Of a stretch of DNA of 64,000 nucleotides, positions 12,150 through 23,997 are shown piece after piece. This DNA is from Felis catus. Lineage: Eukaryota. Under the pieces are notes generated by a model. That model had not been told where the DNA came from. It was given only the letters and a program-made list of their open reading frames with translations, and ran no database searches. Both the position numbers and the translations under genes were made by a program. Position 1 is the stretch's first letter. Each line of letters begins with the position of its first letter. The stretch covers positions 1,922,001-1,986,000 of the forward strand of contig NC_058368.1 in the NCBI RefSeq assembly GCF_018350175.1. The letters are read 5' to 3'.

Positions 12150-13500
12150 CCAATGACCTTGGTCCCAAAGATTCCCCTCCCTCCCTCCCCGTCCTCCCAC
12201 GTGCTGGCGGCTGCGGTTACCCCAGAGGTGGCAGGTCAGAGAAAGAGCTTGAGGACCCGAAGGCTCGGAGGAAACCAGCGTTGCCAAGAGCACCTGGGCT
12301 GGGCTATCCCTTCCTTTGTGGCACCAACTCCCCAGCGGCGTACGCACTGCCCCCGACCAAAGCCCTGCGGGGATGACCCGGACCTCGCTCCCCGCGCCTC
12401 GCTCTCGACCCAGTCTGCGGGGCAGGGCGTACGGTGAAGACCGTGGCACAGGAAACCCTCTTTCCTACGGCACCACGTTCCGTCGCCCGGCTGGGGTGCC
12501 AGACACCTGGGCCACGAGGACAGCCCCGGGAAGCGGGGGGAACGAAGGCAAGAGGAAAGTAGGATGGAGAATCCTGCGCCACGCCACCGCCACCGCCACC
12601 TCCAGGGCTCCCTGGAGGCCCCGGCCGGTCGCCGGCCCAGCGGGCGGGAAGGCCTGGCACGGCAAGGCCAGCCAGAGGCCCGCAGATGCTGGCGTACGGG
12701 GGTCGCGGTGTACTCACCATCAGAACTTTGGCCGCGTTCTCCAGCTGAGCGATCACTTCTGGGGGCCCCAGCGCCGCCGCCATCATGGTCTCTCTTCAAT
12801 GACGCGCCATGCGCTGCATTATGGGAGCGGGCGCCGCGGCCGGCCAATCGCCGCAGCGACCCCGGAGCCTCACGCGCTCCCAGAGGCCGTCGCAGCCGCG
12901 GTTGACGCCGGCGTCGCGGCCCCCGCGGGCCTGACCTGGCCGCCGGGTTTGGGGCCGTGGGAAGGCGAGGAGCGTGAGGCGGGCCACCTCGTTAGGGCTG
13001 GGGGCGCGCCCGCCGTCCCGTACCGGGCGAGGCCTGGGCGGTCGGCCCGGGCGGCGACGGCCGCGCGGGGCGGGCCCCCGGGGCTCCGGACCCGCGCATG
13101 CGTGCTGTCCGGCGCCCCGGCCTCTCGGCCACTTCAGCCCTCGTGCCCGTGACCCGCTCGGTTCCCTCCGCGGTGCGCGCACCCCGCCCCGTCACCGGGC
13201 ACTGCCCTGGACGCCGCTCGGCTCTCTGTTCTCTGACCCTCACCGTGTGCACCCCGGCCCCTCCTTCCCTTTCCACGCTCCACGCTGGGTAGGACCTCAC
13301 TCGGAACCGCTCTCCCCATTTCCTCTCCCGAGAGTGTGCCTCCTTTCAGAACATCACTGTCCTCGGCGCCCCAAGTCTCTGTCCCTCCTTGCGATAAAAA
13401 GGAGCATTCCAGGATAGAACGGTTCACTCTCCTAATGGAGGTCCCGCAGGAGGCTCGTCCGAATGTCTTTAGCCGGCAGATCATTGCGAGCTCTTCCCAA
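12150..13500. promoter_or_regulatory. XPO4: CpG island / XPO4 promoter
   Basis: Very GC- and CpG-rich around exon 1. ZNF143/SBS-like TCCCATAATGCA (12826-12815, minus), CCAAT 12844-12848, NRF1-like GCGCATGCGT 13094-13103, GC boxes, YY1-like ATGGCGG at the start codon. No TATA box seen. Confidence 0.92.
12718..12786 (-). CDS. XPO4: Exportin-4, first coding exon (23 codons, phase-0 donor); remaining exons lie left of the window
   Basis: Translates to MMAAALGPPEVIAQLENAAKVLM, the N-terminus of mammalian exportin-4 as I recall it. Immediately followed by the donor GTGAGTA (12717-12711). ACCATGATGG start context, inside a CpG island. Confidence 0.96.
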
Positions 13501-13955
13501 GGGCTGTATCAGACTGGAGAGAGAAAAGGCAGGAACCCTAACCTTGACTGCCAGACTTCTTGAATTCAGAAAGAACTCATTGCCGCCTGTTTTGTCGGGT
13601 TTAAGGAATTCATCACAGTAATGCTAATTTTGGAATCCATGTTGACAGGTTCTTTAGAGTGTATAGGGATCCGACTTTCCCTCCAGTGCCGCCGTCTCCT
13701 TTACAGCAGCATTCCAGGCAGGCAGTCCTTCCTGAAGCAGCTATTTCAGTATTCAAACCAGCTTTAACTGTTAGAAAAGTTGTTTGGACGAGGGGGGTTG
13801 TTTTGAGCTGACGTCTGCTTTCCTATAACATGCCTTTTGGTGCTGGTCGGCTTCCTGGGGCTACGCAGAAAGTCCGATGCATTTCAGTGTTTGTTAAATT
13901 TGCTCTGCTGAAATCTGTATTTATTCTTCCTAGTTATAAGTAAGCCATACTTTTG

Positions 13956-13957
<2 letters not shown>

Positions 13958-13997
<40 letters not shown>
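13958..13997. repeat. (GT)n microsatellite
   Basis: About 20 perfect GT units. Confidence 0.97.
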
Positions 13998-14000
<3 letters not shown>

Positions 14001-15104
14001 AATGTCACTGCAACAGAAAGGCATTATTTTCTCCATTGAAGATCAGGCTGTGTCTTGTATTTGATGTCTCTACAACTTGAAAAAGTGAAGGAACAAGGTT
14101 TACACCGCTTGAGTAACAAAGTACCTTTTATTTCATTACAAAAGGGTAAAGTGAACCAAAGTGCAGTAAGTGACCTTTTTTAAGAATTGTGTGAAACTAA
14201 ACAATTAGCATAGTGCCTGACATATAGTAGGCACTGAATAAATATTAGACTGAGGATAGCAATCTGCAAAATGATGTAGCTGCAACAAAGAGTAATTACT
14301 GCTGATCAGTGGTATCTGCAAAAGTGTAGTCGAATGAATAGCTTATGACATTAAATGTTTGAGGCCTATAATGCTTCAGATTGGGCCTTGTGTTCAAAAG
14401 ATTTGTGTAATTACATAAGAACGTTTCATCTAAATACTTTTTTAAGAGGGAAAGAAGAAAAAGTATTTTATCAAATGTGTTGAGTATGCTTCTTTTCAAA
14501 TTAAGTTTCTTGAATTTAGAGGCTTTATAAAGTGAGTTATAGACATCTCACATTAACTGGGAGCCTTGAATTTTAGGGTAGGGTGAACAATGAAGGTGTG
14601 AAATCTCAATGTTGGCAAACAGAATTTACCTACTAATTTAGCCTCCCCTCCAATACCTGACTATTATTTCTTGATTTATTCAACAATAACACTCTCCTGG
14701 GGAGGGTTAAGAAGTGGTATTCCAGCCTACCCACATGTTCTTCCTATCCTGGAGTAGAATAGAAGGAAGTTGTGCAAATTCCAATAATTTCTAAGAGAGA
14801 AATGTTAATTGTCTAAGAAAAGGTAGATACCTGGCTGAAATATTCCTGAAATCAAGAACATTTTACAAATACATACCGTCTACTTTTAGAGTACTTCTTT
14901 AACACATACGATGTCATGGGAGTCAAAATTATTCCTTCTTATTTCTCACCAAAATTAATTAGTAAAGTATATTACATACTTTTCTTCTTTAGAAACATAG
15001 ATGTTTGGTTTTTTTTAATGAAAACCAGTGGGATTTGTCATATAGCCAATGTCACTAAATGTTATATCTTTCCTAAATTAGTGGCTTTCTAGGAACATTG
15101 TGGG

Positions 15105-15315
15105 TTTTTTTTTTTTTATGTTCATTTATTTTTGAAAGAGAGACAGGGTGTGGTTGGAGGAGGGGCAGAGAGAGAGGGAGACACAGAATCCAAAGCAGGC
15201 TCCAGGCTCCGAGCTGTCAGCACAGAGCCCGATGTGGGGCTTGAACTCGTGAACCTCGAGATCATGACCTGAGCTGAAATCGGACGCTTAACCGACTGAG
15301 CCACCCAGGTGCCCC
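15105..15315 (-). mobile_element. Can-SINE
   Basis: Full element, TSD TCTA(G/A)GAACATTGT. Confidence 0.93.
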
Positions 15316-15436
15316 TCTAAGAACATTGTTAAGTGAAAATACATTTGCTGATTATCTCCACTGTTGACATTCCAGTGCAAAAGAAAAAGCAACTGTTGTG
15401 GATCACAGGTAATGATATTTTAAAAGTAGAAGGGGG

Positions 15437-15658
15437 GGGGCGCCTGGGTGGCGCAGTCGGTTAAGCGTCCGACTTCAGCCAGGTCACAATCTCGCAGTCC
15501 GTGAGTTCGAGCCCCTCGTGGGGCTCTGGGCTGATGGCTCAGAGCCTGGAGCCTGTTTCCGATTCTGTGTCTCCCTCTCTCTCTGCCCCTCCCCCGTTCA
15601 TGCTCTGTCTCTCTCTGTCCCAAAAAATAAACGTTGAAAAAAAAAATTTTTTTTAAAA
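15437..15658 (+). mobile_element. Young felid Can-SINE
   Basis: GGCGCAGTCGGTTAAGCGTCCGACTTCAGCCAGGTCAC subfamily head, TSD TAAAAGTAGAAGGG. Confidence 0.95.
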
Positions 15659-16199
15659 TAAAAGTAGAAGGGAATTTAGAGATTATAGAATCTTAAGATA
15701 TGGAAATGAAAATCCTTTAATCCCATTTCTCAGATGGAGAAAATAAGACCCAGAGAAATTAGATGATTTTAGGACCAAGTTAGATAGAACAGTCACCTAT
15801 CTTACAGGTTAATATCTTTTGTGGTGAAGTGGACAAGGCTAGAATTTAAATCAGAAGAACTGAGTTTGTATTGTATCTCTGCTTCTTCTAAAAGATGTTA
15901 TGGGGTGAGTAACGTAACATCTCAGGACCTCAGTTTGATCATCTGTAAAATGTTGACCATCACAAGTGTGTAAGATTCAAAGAAGATAATTCATATGAGA
16001 CGACTTTGTAGAGCTACGAAGCATTCTATGAATGCAAGGTAGTACAGTGACCATTGAGTACTTACCTCGCACCATGCTTGATATTGTAGGACAATTGAAA
16101 TTGAAGTCCTGGTATTTGCTTCTGAAGAATTTGAGGGCTACTTGAAAAGATATGACTATGTATTTAAAATAACAACTTTCTCTCCTTTCCAAGTCTGGT

Positions 16200-17085
16200 A
16201 CAATAAAAAATACACTTGGTCTTTTTTCCTCGTTCCTGGCAATCTGAAAGCTCCTAAAACCCTTGGATTTCCTGAGTGATAGGAGTGTTTTTCGTTAATC
16301 ATAACAATGATGATTTTTCCAATCACACCGAGTTTATGCTAATGAGGTAGCAGGGTGGGGCCCCCAGATGGCCCGTGATGGGGCTGGTCTCCTGAAAGGG
16401 CAAAGGGTAGAAACCTTTGGTTCCTTTGTTTTGGGACCCACTCTCCAACCTCCAGGGAGGAGAAGGGGTGCTGGAGATGTTAACAACTTCAATAATGAGA
16501 TTTGCTAAGCTTCCAAGTTGGTGAATGTGTCCACCTGCAGAGAGACTGAGACTGAGATTCCTGGGCTTGGTACCCTTCCGGACCTTGTCCCATGTACCTC
16601 TTCATCTGGCTGGTTTTTTGTATCCTTTATAATAAGCTGGAAAATGTAAGGAAAGTGTTTTCCCGAGGTCTATGAGCCATTCTAGCAAATGATCAAATGT
16701 GAGCAGGGGGTCGTGGCAATCCCTGATTTATAGCCAGTGGGTCAGAAGTATGGGTTGTTCCTAACACTTAAAACAGCCATCTACGATTTTTTAAAAGTTT
16801 ATTTATTTTGAAGAGAGAGCAGAGAAGGAGCAGAGAGAGAGGGAGACAATCCCAAGCAGGCTCCGCACGGTCAGCGCAGAGCCTAACATGGGGCTTGAAC
16901 GCATAAACTGGGAGATCAAACCTGAGCCAAAATCAAGAGTCAGATGCTTAACTGACTGAGCCATCCAGGCATTCCAAAACAGGCATCTAAAGTGGAAGCA
17001 GTCTTGTGGGACCGAGCCCTTCATTTGTAGAGTAGTTAGTGTCAGAATTGAATGGTAGGACACAGTTGGTGTCTGAGAATCAGAT
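16200..17085 (+). mobile_element. MER21-like solo LTR, interrupted by a minus Can-SINE (~16785-16975)
   Basis: TTCCTGGCA...AGCTCCTAAAACCCTTGGA.TTCCTGAGTGATAGGAGTG...GAGTTTATGCTAATGAGGT...TATCCTTTATAATAA...GTGTCAGAATTGAAT. SINE TSD AAAACAG(C/G)CATCTA. Confidence 0.8.
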
Positions 17086-18034
17086 CAGCACATGGATTAT
17101 TTAAATATAAGAATTTGCATATTGCAAAATAGTGAACATTCCAATCAATTTGAGAATACTACCAAATGATAGTTAATGTTTACACACAATTACCACACGA
17201 AGGACACTAAGTTGTTTTTATCTATTAACTAATTCCATCCTCCCAATATAATTATGCTATTATCCCAAATTGAGGAAATTGAGGCATATAGCAACTTAAG
17301 TACTTGTCTCAGAAATGGTAGAACTGGGATTTGGGCCCAGCCTTCCTAGCCCCATACTCCATGCTTTTAACTCTAGGCTATTACTTCCAGGTAAAGACTA
17401 AGTCACTTGGAATTATTATAGCTTAAGGAGATAAATTTCAAGCTATCATGCCAGCTTTTCCAGTTATGTATACTGTAAAGACTGTATTAAAAATCTATGT
17501 CATACTTGAAATATATAAGAAGTAGAGTAAAACTGCCTATAGAAAGTCTGAAGATTTTCCTTTTTAAAAGCTTATTTTAGAAATGTCTTGAAATTTGCTG
17601 TATCCATTGATAGTGCAGTACTGAGTGCTCAGATATTCAGTAACTTCAAATTTATACCCTCTGTGAAAAAGTTGACTTGTTGCAGCTTAGTACATTATCT
17701 GAGTCTTTCAGATAAAATCACGAAATATGGCAAAGTAATGTAGGACCACTATCAGATTCCTTATGTCTATACAATCCGTAATATAGTGTTTGCATTTTTT
17801 AACCTTTTCACGATAAATGAAACATGCATATTGTTTTGTTTTTGTGTTTGCCAAGGGCCCATCGTGTGTTTTTGCAAAACCATTTGTCAAGTCATAACCA
17901 TCTTGTCTACATAAGCACACAGATGAAATACCAGCTGTTCTCAAAAGTGTGGCCTGGGGACACCTAGTAGGTTCCAGAATATCAGTTGGTCCCTAAGATC
18001 CTTTCAGAGGCTCTATAGGTCAAAACTATTTTCA

Positions 18035-19680
18035 GATGGCAATAGTAAGTTCTTCCCCATCAGTAATTACTTTATTTTTATTTATTTATTTTTGATAGAG
18101 AGAGACAGAGCACAAGTGGGGGAGGGGCAGAGAGAGAAGGAGACACAGAATCCAGGCTCCGAGCTGTCAGCACAAAGCCCGACACAGGGCTTGAACTCAC
18201 AAACTGAGATCATGACCTGAGTCAAAGTCGGACGCTTAACCGACTGAGCCACCCAGGCGCTCCAGTAATTGCTTTAAATATAAGTGAATAAAACTCCCCA
18301 ATCAAAAGACACAGATTGGCTGAATGAATTAAAAACAAACGAGCAACAACAAAAAACCAGGATCCAACTATACGCCAACTCTCACTATTGCTGCCCAACA
18401 TAGTACTAGAAGTTAAATCAGTTGCATTTCTATGTACTAATAAAGAACTACCTGAAAAGGAAATTAAGAAAACAACTTCATTTACAGTAACATCAAAAAG
18501 AATAAAATAATTAGGAATAAACTTAAACAAGGAAATTAAAGATTATACTCTGAAAACTACAAAACATTGCTGAAAGAAAGCAAAGAAGACACAGATAAAT
18601 GGAAAGACTGCCCATGTTCATGGATTGGAAGATCTATTATTGTTAAAGTGTCAGTAATACCCAAAGTGATGTACAGATTTAATGCAATCCCTATGAAAAT
18701 CTCAATGGGATTTTTTTTTTTGCAGAAATAGAAAAATCCATCCTAAAATTCATTTGGAATCTCAAGGGACCCCAAATGGCCAAAACAATCTGGAAAAAGA
18801 AGAGCAAAGTTGAGGGACTCACACTCCTGATTTAAAAACTTATCACAAAGCTACAGTAATCAAAACAGTGTGGTACTGGCATAAAGACACATAGACCAAC
18901 ACAATAGAACAGAAAGGCTAGAAATGAGCTTTCATATGCACAAATGATTTTTGACAAGAGTACCAAGACCATTCAATGCGGAAAGGATAGTATTTTCAGC
19001 AAATGGAGTTGGATAAACTGGAGAAACATGCAAAAAAAAAAAAAAAAAAAAGGAAGTTGGACAGGCACACACATGCACACACAGATTATAAGTATGTGAG
19101 GGATAGATGTGTTATGTAACTTTATTGTGGTAATCCTTTTGCAATATATATGTAAATCACCATGTTGTACACTTGCACAGCGTTATATGTAAATTATATC
19201 TCAATAAAGCTGGGGGACCCTTTCTTACACTATAAACAAAAATTAAAATGGATTGAAGACCAAATGTATAAAACTCTTAGAAGAAAGTGGATGCATGGCT
19301 AAACAAAATGTAGCACAGACATAAAATAGAATATCAATCAGCCTTTAAAGGGAAGCAAATTCTGACACATGGTATAACATGGATGAACTTTGAAGACTAT
19401 GCCAAGTGAGATAAGCCAGTTTAAAAAAAAGACAAATTCTGTTTGATTCCACTTATAAGAGGTACTTAAAACAGAAAAACTCATAGAAATAGAAAGTAGA
19501 ATGATGATTGCCTGATGGTTAGGGCATAGAGTTTCTGTTTTTTAAGATTGAAAAGTTCTAGAGACCTGTTGCACAACACTGTTAATATACTTAACACTAG
19601 TGAACTGAATACTTAAGAATGGCTAAAAGGATAAATTTTATGTTACTGTAGTGTTTTTTTTCCACAATTAAATTTTTTTC
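18035..19680 (+). mobile_element. Internally deleted old L1 (ORF2 start, ORF2 C-terminal part, 3'UTR pieces) with a nested minus Can-SINE (~18072-18262)
   Basis: CTCCCCAATCAAAAGACACAGATTGGCTGAATG, CCATGTTCATGGATTGGAAGA, GCTACAGTAATCAAAACAGTGTGGTACTGGCATAAAG. Confidence 0.9.
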
Positions 19681-19694
19681 TTTTTCTTTTTAAA

Positions 19695-20140
19695 GGTTTT
19701 TTTTTAATGTTTACTGTTTATTTTTGAGAGAGATAGAGCATGAGAGGGGAGGGGCAGAGAAAGAGGGAGACACAGAATCTGAAGGAGGCTCCAGGCTCTG
19801 AGCTGTCAGCACAGAGCTCAATGTGGGACTTGAACCCAGGAACCGCGAGATCATGACCTGAGCTGATGTGAGACGCTTAACCGACTGAACCACCCAGGCA
19901 CCCCAATTTCTTTTTTAAAAGACCAATATAGGGCGCCTAGGTGACTCAGTCAGTTGAGTGTCCTACCTCAGCTCAGGTCATGATCTCACAGTCTGTGAGT
20001 TCAAGCCTCATGTCGGACTCTGCTGACAGCTCAGAGCCTGGAGCCTGTTTCCAATTCTGTGTCTCCCTCTCTGACCTTCCCCTGCTCATGCTCTGTCTCT
20101 CTCTGTCACTCAAAAATAAACATTAAAAAAATCAATTAAA
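19695..20140. mobile_element. Head-to-head Can-SINE pair (minus ~19695-19904, plus ~19930-20140)
   Basis: Reverse and forward heads separated by ~25 bp. Confidence 0.92.
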
Positions 20141-20687
20141 AAATAAAAAATCAATATAAACATCCCATTTTTCATGTGAAATTTGATGACTTTGCTTAAA
20201 TAAAATAATTGGAAAATTATTTTCATAATAAAACTAAGATATTATTTGCCTTTTTACTCTCTTTCTTTCAGTGTGGACAGTGGGGTTTTCCAAAGGCTGC
20301 ATGATACATGATGTCCCCATGTATTGAGTATGAAGACACATATGAGAATGTAGTTGTCTTCCATTAAGACAAACATTAAAGAAAACTGCAAAAATGTAAA
20401 AACAATGCCACTTATCTCACTGAATTTTTGTCTTAAAATACTTATTTTTCACAAAAAATGTGTAATGTGACCTTGTAATGGATTTACTATTGTTCATTTA
20501 AATAAATTATTATTTCTTTAATTTGCCAATTTTAATTTCTTTACATAGTAGATACCAATAAATATAATTCACATGTACAAAACTCTTTGGAATCATCATT
20601 AAGTTTTTTTCCCTTTCATTTTAATTGGTTTAATGCTTGATTTTTTTAATGTTCAGATTATTGAGGGGAGCATAATTTTAACTTAAA

Positions 20688-20884
20688 ATTTTTTTTATGT
20701 TTATTTTTGAGAGAGAGAGAGAGAAAGAGAGAGAGAGTGGGAGAGGGGCAAAGAGAGAGGGAGAGAGATAGCCCCAAGCAGGCTCTTCTTGTAGGGCTCG
20801 ATTTCACTAACTGAATCGTGAGATCATGACCTTAGCTAAAACCAAGAGTCGGATGCTTAACCGACTGAGCCACCCAGGTGCCCT
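20688..20884 (-). mobile_element. Can-SINE
   Basis: T-tail, GA repeat, reverse head. Confidence 0.9.
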
Positions 20885-21382
20885 TTAACTTTTTAAAATT
20901 AAAATGCATTTTCCAATGATTAAAATAAGACAAAAATTATAGTCTAATATGCTGTCATGAAAAATAAAGGAATTGAACACTTAAAGTGTTTCCAAATGAA
21001 AGAGAATCTTGGGAAGACCACTCTGGACCAGCTGCCAACTCTCATCATCACATAACTGTCACCCGTCCCTGTCCCATTGCTGTGCACATCGCCACATCAG
21101 GTGCCAAACGGCTTATGTAAGTTGGCCTCACTCTACGAAGAGCCACCGTGTAGATGTAGCTGTAGATCCAGCTATTTGTTTTGCAAATGCAGCGCTGTAG
21201 GTCATAGGGGCATAGAGCCAGGAATTCTGACGGATGTCCGTACAGCCATTACTGACCTAACTAAAAACCAGAGAATGCCCTGTTGGTGTAAGTCACTAAC
21301 AAGTAGCAGTAAGTAATCCATTCACAGTGAAGAGGCATATCATTAGGATAGCACTGTGCCCTACTATATATGAAAGTCCTAA

Positions 21383-21802
21383 CGATGGAAAGAGCCCAAA
21401 TGTCCATCGATGGATGAATGGATAAAGAAGATGTGGTATGTATATACAATGGAGTATTACTCGGCAATCAGAAAGTCTTGCCATTTGCAACTATGTGGAT
21501 GGAACTAGAGGGTATTATGCTAAGTGAAATTAGAGAAAGACAGATATCATATGACTTCAGTCATATGAGGACTTTAAGACCCAGAACAGATCAACGCAGG
21601 GAAGGGAAGCAAAAATAATATAAAAACAGGGAGGGGGACAAAACAGAAGAGACTTAAATATGGAGAACAAACAGAGGGTTCCTGGAGAGTTTGTGGGAGG
21701 GGGATGGGCTAAATGGGTGAGGGGCATTAAGGAATCTATTCCTGAAATCATTGTTGCACTATATGCTAATTTGGATGTAAATTTAAAAGAAAAGAAAAAA
21801 AG
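21383..21802 (+). mobile_element. 5'-truncated carnivore/felid L1 3' end
   Basis: ORF2 C-terminus (LPFATMWMELEGIMLSEI), then 3'UTR GAAATCATTGTTGCACTATATGCTAA..TGGATGTAAATT and A-tail. Confidence 0.92.
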
Positions 21803-22667
21803 CCCTGATGAGAAATACACATGAATTGGGGCACCTGGCTGGCACAGTCAGTAAAACGTGTGACTCTTGATTTTGGGGTCGTGAGTTTGAGCCCCACATT
21901 GGGCATAGAGATTACTTTAAAAAAAGAAATATAGATGAATTACATGAATTATGCAACAGAGGGATTATACTATTTTACTTGAGAATCAAGAGAAGAACAA
22001 AATCTCTTTTAGCAGGTATCTATCTGTAAAGTCCAAATTAAATGAGAACACTTAATAAAAATGATTCCCTTTGATATAGAAGATATTTGATCCAGAAAAT
22101 GTTAAGGGATCTTATAACTCAAATTTCTGAAAACTTTGAAGGCAGCAGTACAGAACCAGAAGAGTTACAGTACCAAATTTATAGGAACCTAATATATTTC
22201 CCCAGAAATAAAAACATGATAGACCAAAGGGGAACATCTCTTTAAAATATTTCTTTTCCACACAAAGCGTATTTCTGCATATATCATGTGTCTGTGAAAT
22301 GTTAATATTTGGAGTTCTCAAATATTAAATACTTTACTAAGATACAGCGCATTTTTGGTGTGTGTGCATGTGAGTAATCAGCAAGAAGTATCTGGAGAGC
22401 GGCTGTATCCCTCCTCGGGTCACTACCTACCATCCCGAAATTTACTTTTGAACCAACTTAACTTGTAGAATGCAAAATCAGGACTTTTCTCCTGCCGTTG
22501 ACCTCTGTAGTACAATAATTTTGTAGTTTATTTTTCTTTTTCTTTTTTTCTTCACTTATATAAAAACTTAGTGACTCCCCTATTAAGAAAAATGCTTCTA
22601 ACCAATAACCGGATAGAACACTCCACATTGCTTGTATGTAGAGCTCAATATTAGAAGCCGTCAATTA

Positions 22668-22850
22668 GGGGTGTCTGGCTAGGGCAGTCCCTAGGGCATG
22701 GAACTCTTGATCTTGGGTGTGTGACTTCGAGCCCCAGGCTGGGGGTAGAGTTTACTTAGTTTAAAAAAGAAGAAGAAGAAGGAGAAGAGGAAGAAGAAGA
22801 GGAAGAATAGGGAAGGGAGGGGAAGGGGAAGGGGAAGGGGAAGAAGAAAG
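22668..22850 (+). repeat. Short Can-SINE whose tail expanded into a GAA/GGGGAA polypurine tract (~22763-22850)
   Basis: tRNA-like head followed by (GAA)n and (GGGGAA)n. Confidence 0.85.
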
Positions 22851-23244
22851 CATCCATCAAATCAAAACTTTCTGAGATTGTGATAAAGACCTTTTATATT
22901 TTTCCAGAGAACTTTCTGGGACTAACCCTATCACCAACCTGAAGACATGAGTTATTCACAGACTCTCACGGGCTCCAAATGAACCCACCTGCTGCAAGAG
23001 ACCCCTCCTAGAACTGCTTTGTGACATGATGGCAGACTCAAGTCTAAGAGGTTACTAGCTGACGTGGGGTTTGCTGCGCAGTTCAAGTGCATGATGCTAC
23101 AGCCAGGCCATGCAAGGGCAGGGGGCTGTTGGGTTCGCAGCACTCTCAGGAGCTTTCCTGATATAGATGGAAACTGGTCCCCATAAGCAGAGGGCAGGGA
23201 GAGACTGAAGAAAAAGGAGGCCACTTCAGGGTTGGTAGATAGGG

Positions 23245-23997
23245 TTTTTTTTTTTTTTAATGTTTATTTATTTTTGAGAGAGAAAGAGAGAGAGACCAGG
23301 TGAGGGGCAGAGAGAACAGGAGACAGAATCAGAAGCAAGCTCCAGGCTCCAAGCTGTCAGTACAGATCCTGACATGGGGCTTGAACTCACAAACCGTGAG
23401 ATCATGACCTGAGCTGGTAGCACTTTTAATAATAGCAAAGGGAACTTACATTCAAGGCTTGTCTTGGGCAGCAGCAAGACACATGGATCTCCATACCCAC
23501 CTGCCAAATCTTAAAAGTATTTAGAAGGACTTTTTTTTTTTTTTTTTTTTTGCTTTTTGAGAAGCCAACTCACTGAGCTGTTTATTTATTTTTATTTTTT
23601 TTTAATGTTTATTTATTTCTGAGACAGACAGAGACAGAGCATGAGTGAGGGAGGGGCAGAGAGAGAGGGAGACACAGAATCAGAAGCAGACTCCAGGCTC
23701 TGAGCTGTCAGCACAGAGCCCGACACGGGGCTCGAACTCACAAACCATGAGATCATGACCTGAGCCGAAGTCGGTCTCTCAACCGACTGAGCCACCCAGG
23801 TGCCCCTAGAAGGACTTTCGGTATCAGCGCAGGTCAGGATCTCTCGCTTTGTGAGATCGAGCCCCACGTCGGGCTCTATGCTGACTGCTTGGAGCCTGCT
23901 TGGGATTCTCTGTCTCCCACTCTCTCTGCCCTCCTCTGCTCTCTCTCACACATACCCTCTCTCTCTTTCTCAAAATAAATAGACATTTAAAAAAAAT
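23245..23997. mobile_element. Can-SINE cluster: truncated minus ~23245-23416, minus 23531-23806, truncated plus ~23815-23997
   Basis: Heads, CT/GA tracts and tails visible. TSD TAGAAGGACTTT surrounds the middle copy. Confidence 0.9.

Larger units (their letters stand above)
1..12717 (-). other. XPO4: XPO4 intron 1 (partial)
   Basis: Begins at the GT donor after exon 1. The expected exon 2 peptide (APPSMV...) was not found in the window. AT-rich and repeat-filled. Confidence 0.85.
17932..20600. mobile_element. hAT Charlie1-like DNA transposon split by an L1/SINE block (18035-20212)
   Basis: CAGCTGTTCTCAAAAGTGTGG terminus. GTCAAAACTATTTTCA continues as TAATAAAACTAAGA after the insert. Repeat AAAA(C/T)TATTTTCA at 18022-18034 and 20213-20225. 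Confidence 0.7.

Noticed and set aside
12304..12717. Continuation of the XPO4 ORF to 160 aa
   Set aside because: It reads through the GTGAGT donor into intron 1 and does not match exportin-4.
12036..13563. Many long overlapping ORFs (up to 278 aa) across the CpG island, including a 113-aa antisense ORF from ATG 12564
   Set aside because: Expected from stop-codon scarcity in GC-rich DNA. They are Arg/Pro/Gly/Ala-rich with no recognisable domain, and only the 23 XPO4 codons are supported.
21009..21320. Unique, balanced-GC segment with short ORFs in two frames
   Set aside because: No recognisable protein in the frames I read, and no convincing splice sites or poly(A)/TSD. Left unassigned.
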